DNA of 61,079 nt, the filler included, from Catajapyx aquilonaris (Eukaryota), in NCBI GenBank assembly GCA_000934665.2. It is 3 parts of 3 records of this genome, joined end to end, with 100 filler letters (N's around TTAATTAATTAA, not from the genome) between each part and the next. Parts side by side here need not be neighbours in the genome. Positions count along the whole stretch, not along the records: positions 1 to 20,154 come from JYFJ02006325.1; 2 more parts are not named here. The stretch is one strand, 5' to 3'. Below the pieces are notes generated by a model, which searched no databases, was not told where the DNA came from, and saw nothing but the letters and a program-made list of their open reading frames with translations. Position numbers and translations under genes: made by a program. Below are positions 1-11,264 of this stretch, one piece after another (position 1 is the stretch's first letter; each line of letters opens with the position of its first letter).

Positions 1-110
1 GGCGATTGAAAAAAACGTAACAACAAGAAGAACCAGGAAAAATTCATTGTTGAAACGCTATGCTACGGTCTTACTAAGGGGCTATCGCCCCTTAAATTAG
101 AGGCAAGGAT

Positions 111-868
111 TTAAGCGTTTAAAACAGACAATACTCTGTCTGCCGCTAGGCAGAAGGTATTAAATTCAACAAAGAGACTTCTGACTAAGGCCGTCCTTGG
201 GCACGGCCAACTTAGTCCTCTTGACACGGCCGCATAGAGTAGGGGACCCCTGGCAGCCAACACCTCCTGGATCGTACAGTACCATAACACATGAGCAGCG
301 TCCTGGCGTCCTCCGTCCTTTCTTTCAACCAAAAATGAGACAGGTAAGCTTGGAAAGGGCCATGATCGGATATGATCTGAGCCACATGTCCGTGCAGGTA
401 ACGGTTTTCGTCCACCTCAGGAAGTAAGGCATGGCACCAGTTCCCTCTGTCTGCCGCCCACCTCATCTGCCAGTCCATCAGGGAACGGCGCCAATATGTC
501 CTCCTCACTGCTGCTCCGGTCTCCGGCAGGAAGGCCCACCCCACCACCAGATCTGCCGCTCGCTCGTTGCCTAGGATTCCAGCGTGCCCCTTGGCCCAAC
601 ATAGGATCACCTCTGCTGAAATGGAGCGCCGTACCTCCCTCGTCCTGGCTGCCACCATTGATGAAAGTCTGGGGTCAGCTAACGTCTGCAGGGCGGACAG
701 AGTCACACACTATCCACACCATGCTGTCCCTCGGAAGCTGTATCTCCGCCAGCGTCTCAATGGCCCTCTCCACCATGTCCAACTCCACCTCGTAGATTCC
801 CGCCGTCATCATGAATGGGACGCATCTAACAAACAGCTCTTCCCCCTTCCCATTGATCCATGTTAATC
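111..868 (-). mobile_element. 5'-truncated, degenerate non-LTR retrotransposon fragment (RNase H domain plus C-terminal region of ORF2)
   Basis: ORF 212..706 has the RNase H motif 'WAKGHAGILGNERAAD', followed by 'QIISDHGPFQAYLSHF', which resembles the LTGHG.F..YL motif of R1/I-group elements. The frame shifts into ORF 111..332 ('HVLWYC'). Confidence 0.8.
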
Positions 869-869
869 T

Positions 870-1414
870 CCATGGGACCGAAAAATAAGTTCGACTTATA
901 GAAGATTCGAGTTAGAAAAGTTTGGAATTTTTAACCACATAACTACGAGGAAGCCTACCTTTATATCCAGCGTCGAAAGGTGTTCAGAACTTAAAAATAA
1001 CTGTGACTATCACACTACAATGTTCCTCATTGTTTTGTTGTAAAAAAAACTAGTGTTATGGAGATTTGCCTACTCTTAGATTGGATCTCACTCTTAATAA
1101 AGGATTCATGGCATGAGTCATTACAAGTAGTCAGAGATCATGAAAGAGCCTTTCTGTACAGGTGGCCTACTCTCAACCCTTCGGCTGGGAAATGAGAAAA
1201 TTTTCCGTACTCGCCAACATGAACTTCGACTTAGGGAGACTGAAAATGCATTGATATCCCATCGAAAGGCCCTGCCTGCACTTCGAGTTATGGAAATTCG
1301 AGTTAGGGAAGTTTATTTCCTATTATTTTACATTGTGACCAACCAAGCTCATCATTTTCTTCGACTTATAAAGAACTTCGACTTAAGGAAGTTCGACTTA
1401 TAGATGTTTTACTG
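870..1414. mobile_element. Right part of a pogo/Tigger-like non-autonomous element (MITE)
   Basis: Repeated 'ttcgacttata/ttcgagtta' subterminal motifs and a terminus '...tagatgttttactg' followed by TA. No left end is visible; it abuts the non-LTR fragment. Confidence 0.5.
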
Positions 1415-1509
1415 TATTTGAAATAGAATCAAACAGGAATCATTTGTGTTACTTGACTATGCAACGTGACTGTGCAACGTGTAAGTGACAACTGGGTTGA
1501 TTTGTACAG

Positions 1510-4500
1510 GGACAAATGATGCGCATCATTTTGGAGGTTATGATGCATGGGGTGCCATCAGAATGTGTGGTTGAAGTGTGGAAGAGACGTTCTGGGCAGC
1601 AGGTTCTAATGAAAGGAGAATGTGGCGTTGACATAAAGTTGGACAACGACTTGTTCACTGCACTTGATCTCAATGATACAGAAGCTAAATCAGCAGCCAT
1701 GTTTGCATTCAAGAAGATCCGATCCTATTCGGAAGCTACCGAAGACAACATAATTCTGAAAAAGGCTCAGTCACAGGTACTGCTGAGAGTGCTGTCTGAT
1801 CCGTAATAGTTGGCTGATAATAATTTCCATTTTAGATTGATGCTGGAACAAGATATCACCTTGTCTTTGACGTGTCTTTTAAACTTACTCATACTTCTTG
1901 TGACGTAGAAGTATGGAAGAAGGAATCAGGAGAATATGAACTGACTGCTGGTGAATGTATGTCGGGATCATCGCAAAGGAGAGCGGATGGAAGTTACCAG
2001 CTCTCGGTCACTGGAGGCTACAGTGAGGTCGATTCGGTGGATCAGGGAGTCCAGCAAGCTGCCAAATATGGTGTTGCTGCTATTAACAGGCGATTAAACA
2101 CTTTCATGTCAATAGTGAAAGTCGCCAAGGCTTTGAGACAAGTAAGTTTATAATGACTGCAATTAAATTAGTAAATTACAGCACCAACTCATTTAGATTC
2201 ATGCCGGGATTAAATATCTGCTCACCATGGAATTAAGTGAGCAAGGAAGACACTCCATTTGTGAAGCGGAGGTTCACAGGACCCTGACTGGTGTTAAGGA
2301 GTTGAAGCAGTCCCACTGCATCATTCACATAGAACGAGCCGAAGAGCTTAGTACTGAAGAAATGGGTTTCCAGGATGTTGAGACAGCCGAAGCAGGTGCC
2401 CAAGAAGCACTGCATTTCTCTGTCGAGCAACTGAGGAAGCGAAACACACAAAACATGACTTTTATTAAGATTACTCATGCCAAGAGAAAAGTACGTACTC
2501 ACTTACATTATTTTGTAATCATGGTGGTTTTTTTATCAATAAATAACTTTCCAAAACTACGATCATATGTGGAGAACAATCTTGACAAATGTGGATGCAT
2601 GTGGAACAAAATTAGTTCCATTCTTGTTTGATTTTTTAAAATGTGCAGTGGGAATCAAATGTAGTACCAAAGCTATTTACATGATCAGTAATTAATATTT
2701 GTGTCCACATTTACTGTTATTACCCCCCCAAAGGGGCTCATGGCTCCATAACGGGGAAATGTAAATATAAAAAATCATTAATATTATTTGTGCTGTGTAT
2801 TTATCTCTGAAGTCTTACACATTTCTTGAATTTCAGCTCATTAATGGAGAGAAGTATCGCCTGGACTTTATGGTAGAAGCAGGTGGCCAAGTTCAGAGGT
2901 GCATTTCAGATGTTTCAAGGCGATTCAATGGGAAAATGAATATGATCAGTGGCTCTTGTAATGCTACCTCTCTAACTGTTGACCAAGCAAAAGAACTAGA
3001 TAATTCAGCAGCACACTTCTCTGATATCGGCATAAATGATGACAGTGTTCATGAGGTGGCTGAATTTGGATTCAATTTTGTCAGTGACAAAGCAGATAAT
3101 GCGATGAAATTTGTAAAGATCATCAAGGCACAGAAACAGGTGTGTAGATTACTCATTAGGCGCATAAATGAGAACCGGGTTTTTAATTTCTTTTCACAAT
3201 GCACAGGCAGCAGCCCCTGGACTTAGATACCGTGTCACATTTGAAGTGACAGTGGATGGAAAATCACAGTGGTGTGAAGTGGATGTCCTCAGAAAAATGT
3301 CTGGCAAAATGAGAATGACGGAAGATAAATGCACTGGTCATGAAGCCCAGACCGAAGCTCCGGCGACTTTCCGAGATGACCAATTAAGCATTGAATGGAA
3401 ATCATTAGATGGCTTTAGTGTTACAGATCTTAACACAGCAGATGTTATCAAGGCAGCCCAGTTTGGAGTAAAAGAAATTAATACTGTAGGTACGCCTGTG
3501 AAATTTGTGAAAGTACATCAAGCTGAAAAGCAGGTAAGGCTTGCATTAAACGTTTAAAGCGGTGCCTAAATGCATATAAATTGTTGACTTTTAGCTGCAG
3601 TCCGGATCAACAGTGTATCACTTGAGTTTAGACATAGATGCATCGGGAGTCCCCACCATATGTGACCAGATGGTTTTGAAGCAGGTGTCAGGTGATTACA
3701 AGATGGTTGGCAGCAAGTGTGACAACTACCCACCACTGCCAAAGACATCCCATCCTGGATCACTTGAAAGTAAGAGGGCACTGAGCAACAGTGGACCATT
3801 GGCAGACTCTGAGAAGACGGGAAGCTTTGAAGATGTGGATGTGAATGATAAGGAAGTTGTCAACATGGTCCACTTTGCCCTGAATGAGATAGCTGATGAA
3901 ACTGGGGAAGAGATGATCCTATCCCGTATAGTCAAGGCGCAAGTAAGTGACTTTATTGTGTGATGAGGAAGCTACCTTGCCATTATGGTGAATGCTGAAT
4001 TCAAAAGATTTGACGACACAGATCGAGACAGCTAAACCAACAAATTATAATGACGGAGCAGATCGGAAATATTTTTGATAGCAATGTAACTAATGAAGCT
4101 ACGTACTTTCAGGCTCTTTCTAGTTCGTACTATTACATAGCTGTGGAAGTGGACATTGAAGCAAAGCTGTCCAACTGCATACTAGAGGTGTACAAAAAGC
4201 AAAATGGGTCCTTCAAGCTAAGCGAGAAGTTTTGTGATGAGATAACCTTTTCTAAGCCTCCAACACCACTCCAAATACCAAGCCCTCCTTTAGCTAAGGA
4301 CACACGAGTTGGAATGCCAGGGCGAAGTGGGCCGATGAAAAGTCCCACAGGGGCCAGAAATTCTACGTCTACCAGCCTCTTCCACTTTGGGAGGTACATA
4401 GAGATGGAAACAACAGACGATCTTGTGGAGATGGCAGCTGATGCTGCCTTTTCAGAAATGAGCTCAGAGTTCACTCCTCCAGTGCACTTACTGCAAGTGA

Positions 4501-7500
4501 AAAGGGCCAGAAAAGAAGTGAGTCCAATGCAATTGGTGAAAGATTTATCATAGACGCCTTACACATATGAATGCTTCATATTCACATTTTCCAGAAAAAT
4601 GCTGGCGTTACATATTTCATCCTGAACTTGGAAGTTCTCGTGGATGACAGTCCACTCCTGTGCGAGGTGGAGGTTCGGATGACAGCTCTCAACCGTTTCC
4701 AGCTGATGGAGGGCCAGTGCGAAGATAAGACTTCCTTTTTCCTGTCACACTCTTTCCCATACAGTTCCAAGATCAGCTTTCCTAGAAGGTCCGGAGACAG
4801 GTTTCCCCCATATCCTTCCCCCTTCCAACCCCAACCTTACTCTTCTTCCCGACCATATCCCTATCCTCGTCCAGACCTCCCTCCTCCCCGCTATTCACAC
4901 CGATCCCGTCCACGCCAATTTCATCCTGACGAGCTATTTTTCCCAATGCCACCTCGATCCCGTTCCATGTCCCGACCTCATCCTATGCCTCCCATGCGAC
5001 CTCCTCCTCGGTCCTACTACCCTCCTCCTCCTCCTCCCCCTTCCCGTTCCTTCCCCCAACCATATGCTAACCAGCAGCGCCCTAATGATAATAACAATCA
5101 CCGTCCAAGCCCAGAAGAACCCAGGAACCGTGCACCTTTCGACTCCATTGAAAAGTCTGATCTAACTGAAACCACCTTGGATCCTTCAGGACCCGAGGCT
5201 AAGGTGGTTGCAGGTTTTGCCTCGGAGGCACTCAAGAAGGGATCTGGCACCAGGATGAAGGTGTGGCAAAGAAGGGCAGATGGTGAAAAGGAATCTTGAC
5301 TTTTCAAGATGACTCGGGAGAATTTTTTAACAGGGTGACTGGAAAGACCGATTATCTACCTCAAATGTTGGTTCTGTTGGATTTATCTTGATTCCAGCAG
5401 TTCATTAGCTTTACGGAGCATGACAGATTTTTCGAAGCAACGTTGACATCATTTAGCAACATGTCTTGGACATCTTGGACAAATTATCACATTTTGCTTG
5501 CTTTAAAGCCGTGTTTACATGTGAGCGATTTGACGAGCAAAGTCTTCGCCGAGTGATAACATTGCTGAGTAACTAGTATTGTTTCAGGTGCAACTCGATC
5601 GTTACTTTCACCTCAAACAATATTGGTTACTCGGTTTACTCAGCAATGTTATCGCTCGGCGAAGACTTCGCTAGTCAAATTGCTCACATGTAAACGTGGC
5701 TTTGTTTTCAATATGCTTACGTATAAATTTATTTATTAATTTTCTGAATCCAATGAACTGACAATTAACTACTCGAGGAAGCATGTGGACATTCCAGTCA
5801 CCTTTATCACAAAATATTCACAAAGGGTTAATAATTCTGCAGTGAAACCTTTCTGTAGTGGAAAAAGTCCAAAACATGATTTCTTCAAAAATTTTATGCA
5901 AGCGCGACATTGGCAATGCAATTAATTTATATTAAAATTTAGTGACAATTATGTTACTTTCCCCAGTTCTTTTTGCATGTGACATCACCATTGAGAAGAT
6001 TTTCTCACTTTCAGATGGGAGATGTGAATTTTTCCCAATGTGCATTATAATGTGTGCAGGAATCAAGGGCTTAATGATTGATTTTCCACTGCAATCAGGG
6101 TCCATTGCAGAGATTTCACTGTACTTACTATGGAATTAAACACATAATCATAGTCACTTACAATTAGTTACGTGCTCCTCACTTATGGTAAACCATGATG
6201 CTGTCATAGCGAGAAATATGAAGACAATTCATGTCATGTTTTTGGCCAGCATTATTCCCAAGTTCCAATTGTTATGAATCCATCATGCATTACAATTGTT
6301 ACAATGTGAAGATAATTACTGATGTCACTGATCGAGATAGGCTGCAACGTCTGTTCACTTCATTACAGCCATGCTTAAATATTTTGTTGATGTCAACATT
6401 TCTAGATTTCAATTTTCGAGGACATTATAACTTGTTGCAGAAATTTAATTTATTCTGACAGATTGAATCAGACATTTTCCTTTCATATCCACTCGTGCAT
6501 TTTACTAAGTCACCAAGTACAAACCTGTAATGATGAGAATGAGAGCAAAGGCTTCTTGAAAGGTGACGCTGCAAGAAGTGACATACGCAACCAAGAAGCA
6601 TCGGTCTAACAGGCTCATGTACACCGTGGGGATGACTGTCCTTGTGGATGGAAAACCGACCTCCTGCGACGTGGAGATCCGGCAGAAAAGGAGCAAGCTC
6701 AAGATGACACAGGTCAAGTGTGACGGGTTGAACGCTGAGGACTTCGCAGATGGACAGAGCAGCCTCTTCCTCAGCTACGACAAACGTGACGATGAAGTTG
6801 AAAATGCCGTCAACTTTGGAATAGAAGGTATACCAGACTAGGGTATGTGGGTCTGGGTTTTGTCTACATTTTACATGCGAATTAAAAGTGCAATATTTCA
6901 CAAACTGGTTTCCATCCTTCCATGGAAAAACGGCATTCCACATGTCATTCTGACATAATATGTACTCTCCTCTTGTGCTTTTCATGAACTGTCAGCCATG
7001 CTGGGGCTCAAACCGCAGGATCTTCCTGAACGACCACGCCTAGTCAGTGTGGCAAAGCAGTCTCGTCGTGGCAAAGCAGCGTACCGCATCGTCCTACATA
7101 TCCAGACCGACGAAAAAGTCATCCCGTGTCATTTTGAGGTGAAGAGGAAAGCTCTGCAGCCTTTCAAGATGGTGCAAGGATCATGCAACAGAGGGATGAT
7201 CACTCGGAGAGAGCCACCTGGGAGCAGGCGGCATTTGTTTGAGCCGAAAGTGATGACAAAAGTGCCCTTCGTACCAGAGGATGTCATGTCGATCCAAAAT
7301 GATGAGACAAAACCAATTGATCCTGAAGATAAAGAAGTGTCAAAGGCAGCGAGGTTTGCTGCAAGACAGATCGGAAGACAGACAGACCAGGAAGGGAAGT
7401 TGTGGGTGCCAGTCAGTGTACTCAAGTCAGAAGTTAAGGTCAGTGACTTACGCCTTGGACTTACGCCCAGTTTCATTTTAATTTATTATGACTATGCATA

Positions 7501-7888
7501 TCCAGCATTTTATAGGTAACAGGTACAGAACAGAAATCATGTCTCTTTATTAAATCAGCTTTCAATATCAGTTATTCTAAAGATGGAATTACACAGTTCA
7601 GATTACGTGAAGTGTCTATGTTAATGTTTTCACTGGCAGGGTGGAGATGATGTAGCCATATATGTGCTGACAATGAACATGGGACCAACCAACTGCGACT
7701 CTGAAAATGATCTTGGCCCAGCATGTGATGTCAGTTCGGGTCATGTGAGTAACTTACAGTCACAGTTTACACTGTTCACGTTCCTTTCTTATACGTTACT
7801 TCCACAGAAAATGATTTCATGTTCTGTGACTGTCTTGAAGCGCCGTTCAACTTCCGTGCACACACTCCTCCACCACAATTGTGAATAA
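1510..7888 (+). CDS. Multicystatin (about 11 tandem cystatin-fold domains, first one partial), 5'-partial, no cathepsin domain
   Basis: Exons by GT/AG and frame: 1510-1776, 1836-2141, 2197-2490, 2837-3139, 3207-3533, 3595-3942, 4113-4517, 4595-5260, 6563-6827, 6996-7438, 7640-7744, 7808-7888 (TAA). Each unit repeats 'G(G/F)..D....V..AA.F(A/G)...K(A)xxQ|xxxG..Y.L...C.V.V......C'. No start codon or signal peptide is seen in the window. Confidence 0.85.
5505..5703. mobile_element. Palindromic MITE in a multicystatin intron (related copy at about 8178-8355)
   Basis: Arms 'gccgtgtttacatgtgagcgatttgac...' and '...gtcaaattgctcacatgtaaacgtggc' are near-perfect inverted repeats of about 75 nt. The same 'tttacatgtgagcgatttga' terminus recurs at about 8187. 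Confidence 0.7.
5840..6121. mobile_element. Tigger-like MITE
   Basis: Termini 'cagtgaaacctttctgtagtgga' and 'tccattgcagagatttcactg', with TA on the right side. Confidence 0.55.
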
Positions 7889-8615
7889 ATATGTTGTTAG
7901 TAAAATATTGTGATATTGTTTTTCGAAAATGTCAGTGTTAATATTGTTTCGACTTTAATGTGGAAAGAAACCTGTGCAGCCTTTCCAACTTTCACAATGG
8001 CAGATATAGTCATGTTCCATGATGTAAGCTTAGTTACGTAAATAGCATGTATTATTTTAAAATATATCCTTCTAGGCAGCAATTCTACATATTCTAGCAT
8101 GAGCAATAAGTCAACAGTCAAATTGGGTGTGAGGATTGGCTTCTTCCTCTTGCTCACACTCAACTATAACACACATTTAGGCTGCATTTACATGTGAGCG
8201 ATTTGATCAGGAATGTGCAGCAATGAGCATCATTGAGTGATGAAATCAATTGTTTGGGAGCGAAATGCGATTGTATTACTTTTGCCCTAAGCAATTGGTT
8301 TCTTAGCTCAGTGATGCTTATCCCTGGTCAAATCGCTCACATGGAATGAGGCTTTATTCAGAACTTCCTGTTTGTCCTGAATACTGGGGTAACATACCAA
8401 GTTTTGGTTTCTCAAAATATGAAACCATGGATACTCCACTGTACAAATTCAACATTATGGAACCAAACCTTATGTAATCAGCAGTTGAGCACATCAAACC
8501 TAAATTATCAAATCTGGAAGTCTGGTATGTATTACAAGTACATCAAACTTATCAAACAGAATCTGCATTCACCAGGTTGAGTTGGAATAATCTTAGCTCT
8601 ACTATTTTTTCAGAA

Positions 8616-10094
8616 ATGGCCATGAAGAGCAGACCTGCGTCATTATACAAATTGAGTGTAGTCCAGCTTGCTCGTGCTGCGAGATCAATGTGCTTAGATG
8701 CGGCTTCTCCGGATCCAAACCCACCAATCACCATGTCAACATTACGAAGCTTTGTGAAGCAGATTCCCAATTACGCCGCAAATGACTATGTCACTGAGCT
8801 CATTCTAGATTTTAACAGCCTGATGACTACAAGTCACACGATGAATTCGGGCATCCTAGCAGCAGCCTTACATCCGTCATGTACCAGGTTCACCTTTGAT
8901 GACACCAAGATCAGGTCAGAACATTTCAAGACAGTTTTGATGCAGGCTATGGCCGTCCTGTCCAATTTGGTCAGCCTGAACATCAACATCTGGACACCAA
9001 ACAGAACAGGAGAAGTTTTCGTGTCCATCTCAAGGTATTGCCGCAAGCTCGAGTGTCTCTCTATCCAGTGGGGCTTCCTGTCGTCCCAGTGTGCCAGGAT
9101 GCTGGTCAAGTGCAAAATGATCAGGACACTCAAGCTGGACATTGACTTGTCATTTATAGATGATATTGATGCGTTGCATGTACTGGACAATCTGCCTCTC
9201 CTGGAGAATTTTACCTGTGCCGTCATTAATCTTGGCAGGTTCTCTGAAAAACTAGCCAGGGCTGGTAAAAAGTACAAGCTAAAATGTCTGGTGCTGTCCA
9301 CATTTCATTACAAAACTAGTGACACTTGCACCTTGGACAACCTCTTCGCTGTCTTTCCTGATCTAGTTGTAGTGAATCTTCCGGGATATCTTGGACCATT
9401 AAGTCCACTCAACAGGCTGGCCAAATTGCAAGAAATTGGGATCCGCAACAGACGGCACGTTTCCGATGACATATTCGTGCAGATGCTGGCTGTTTCTCAA
9501 CCTTGGCTGCAAAGTTGTGAGCTGTATGGCTGGTTCTCCAACTTTTCCTTGATTTTCACAAGCTCCGGAACCAATTTCAACAAACTGACCAAGTTGGCGC
9601 TTTTCAAATGGAAGGAGGTGGATTTGGAGGCCATCAACATTTTTATGCCCAACCTGTGTGAGCTTAGCGTCAGGGAATGCCAAATGACGTCTGAGCCTTT
9701 TCACAGGTCTACGTTGCCACTGGTATTTACCAGTCTGAAAAGTCTGGAGGTCGAGGGCACATTTGTGACCAAGCAACACCTGAGGTACCTCTTGAGTGAT
9801 GCTCAAGGCATCGAAGAGCTGTGGGTGGCCTCGGACCAGCTGGACGATTCCTTGCTGATTGAGCTGCTTCAGTTGAACCCGATGAACCGGCTGAAGACTA
9901 TGTGCATCCAGAGCATTGCATTGACCAAGAGCTCCTTGCCGATCCTGGTGGAGAAGGTGAAGGAACCCAAAAGTGTGGAGCTGATTGGGAATCAGTGGAC
10001 CAACATGTTCACTCAGGAAGAACAGAAGTACTTTTATCAGCTTACAGATGGGCAATCTGAAACAAATTTTTGGTTCAAAAGTTCAACTGCTTAA
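8616..10094 (+). CDS. Single-coding-exon leucine-rich-repeat (RNI-like) protein of about 492 aa with a BC-box-like N-terminus
   Basis: Uninterrupted ORF. The first ATG at 8616 lies just after an acceptor-like 'ttttttcag'. Repeated LxxLxL units (NLVSLNI, KLECLSI, MIRTLKL, LLENFT, KLQEIGI, KLTKLAL, NLCELSV, SLKSLEV, GIEELWV). N-terminus 'RPASLYKLSVVQL'. Confidence 0.8.
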   Translation: MAMKSRPASLYKLSVVQLARAARSMCLDAASPDPNPPITMSTLRSFVKQIPNYAANDYVTELILDFNSLMTTSHTMNSGILAAALHPSCTRFTFDDTKIRSEHFKTVLMQAMAVLSNLVSLNINIWTPNRTGEVFVSISRYCRKLECLSIQWGFLSSQCARMLVKCKMIRTLKLDIDLSFIDDIDALHVLDNLPLLENFTCAVINLGRFSEKLARAGKKYKLKCLVLSTFHYKTSDTCTLDNLFAVFPDLVVVNLPGYLGPLSPLNRLAKLQEIGIRNRRHVSDDIFVQMLAVSQPWLQSCELYGWFSNFSLIFTSSGTNFNKLTKLALFKWKEVDLEAINIFMPNLCELSVRECQMTSEPFHRSTLPLVFTSLKSLEVEGTFVTKQHLRYLLSDAQGIEELWVASDQLDDSLLIELLQLNPMNRLKTMCIQSIALTKSSLPILVEKVKEPKSVELIGNQWTNMFTQEEQKYFYQLTDGQSETNFWFKSSTA

Positions 10095-10384
10095 ATTTCA
10101 GTAACGTGATCAATCATCTGACTAGACAAGACTATCATTCTATGTGAAAGTATGCAAAATATATACTTGAAAATCATTGTGACACTGTTTATTACATCTG
10201 CGATGCACTGAAGGGGACTGAACAATATGGTAACCAGGAGGAAAATGCTGAAAGCAAACAGCATTATCTGCATTGGAGCATTTGAGTCGCCAAGATGGCA
10301 CACCTCCCACGTCCATGCGGGACCCCTCATAGAAAAGTTGACATTGCACTTGTCCCAATAAGTACGGTGGCCCAGAAGGGTCAC

Positions 10385-10895
10385 GACACACACACTTACA
10401 ACACTACACACACACATGTTATAATGTGCTATCCTTGTGAGGGTCTGGCAAAAATAAAAATTTAAAACTAACCTAACCTAACCTAACCTACAAAAAACAC
10501 ACGATATTTTGGTGACCTATTTTTTCACAGTAAAAAGGAGGTCTTGGTTTGATTTTCCGCCATCCTTGTGAGGACTGTGTACCTTATGAGGGCCTGAAAA
10601 AAGTCCTCGTAAGGTTTTCGGTCCTCACAAGGATAGGAACAAGCGAAAAAAATCCTCACAAGGATAGCAATGTCTGATCACAAGTAAGGAATACACACAA
10701 GTAACTACTACACACACAAGTAACGACTACACACACAAGTAAGGACTACACACACAAGTAAGGACTACACACACAAGTAACGACTACACACACAAGTAAC
10801 GGCTACACCCACAAGTAGCGACTACACACACAAGTAACGGCTACACACACAAGTAACGACTACACTTTTAGTTGGACTACACACACAAGTAAGGA
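10385..10895. repeat. CA-microsatellite-associated non-autonomous element with (CCTAA)n, followed by a ~20-nt minisatellite
   Basis: Inverted subterminal motifs 'ctatccttgtgagg' and 'cctcacaaggatag'; (CCTAA)n at about 10468-10490; about 10 copies of 'acacacaagtaa(c/g)gact' at 10680-10895. Confidence 0.7.
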
Positions 10896-11264
10896 ACTCA
10901 ACCACAAGACAGTAAGAATTTCAAACTTCCCGCGGGTATACCCTCACTGCAAGGGGTACGGCACAATAACGGTACCGGGTGGTATTGTTCGGGGCGGCGG
11001 CTCATTTATTGGACCCGAAAGGGATTTTATAGCCGTATTTTCTTCTCCGCATTCCAGGAACCTTGCAGAGTGCTTTCAAACCCAAAGTTTCGGGCCATAT
11101 TTGTACAGATTTTACCTACGCAAACTTTGAATAAGGGCGTAAGTGAAAATTGCGTGTTTGCGGCGTATGTGTTGGCCTGCGATGGTCGTACAGGTGTCCT
11201 TTCCTAGGTTTTCAGGGACGAGGAACTCAATTATGACATTTACAAAACCCTCAGAGGTCATCAA

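Noticed and set aside
1501..1512. 'FVQG' as a canonical QxVxG loop for the first multicystatin domain
   Set aside because: It is preceded by an in-frame TGA rather than an AG acceptor; the only usable acceptor I see ends at 1509, so it cannot be supported.
10091..10417. Short minus-strand ORFs convergent with the LRR gene
   Set aside because: They start within a CA repeat and have no convincing splice partners or motifs.
10468..10490. (CCTAA)n as a telomere
   Set aside because: Only about 4 units, internal to a non-autonomous element.
10680..10895. ~20-nt repeat array as a CRISPR
   Set aside because: Head-to-tail CA-rich minisatellite with no unique spacers and no cas genes, in a eukaryotic context.
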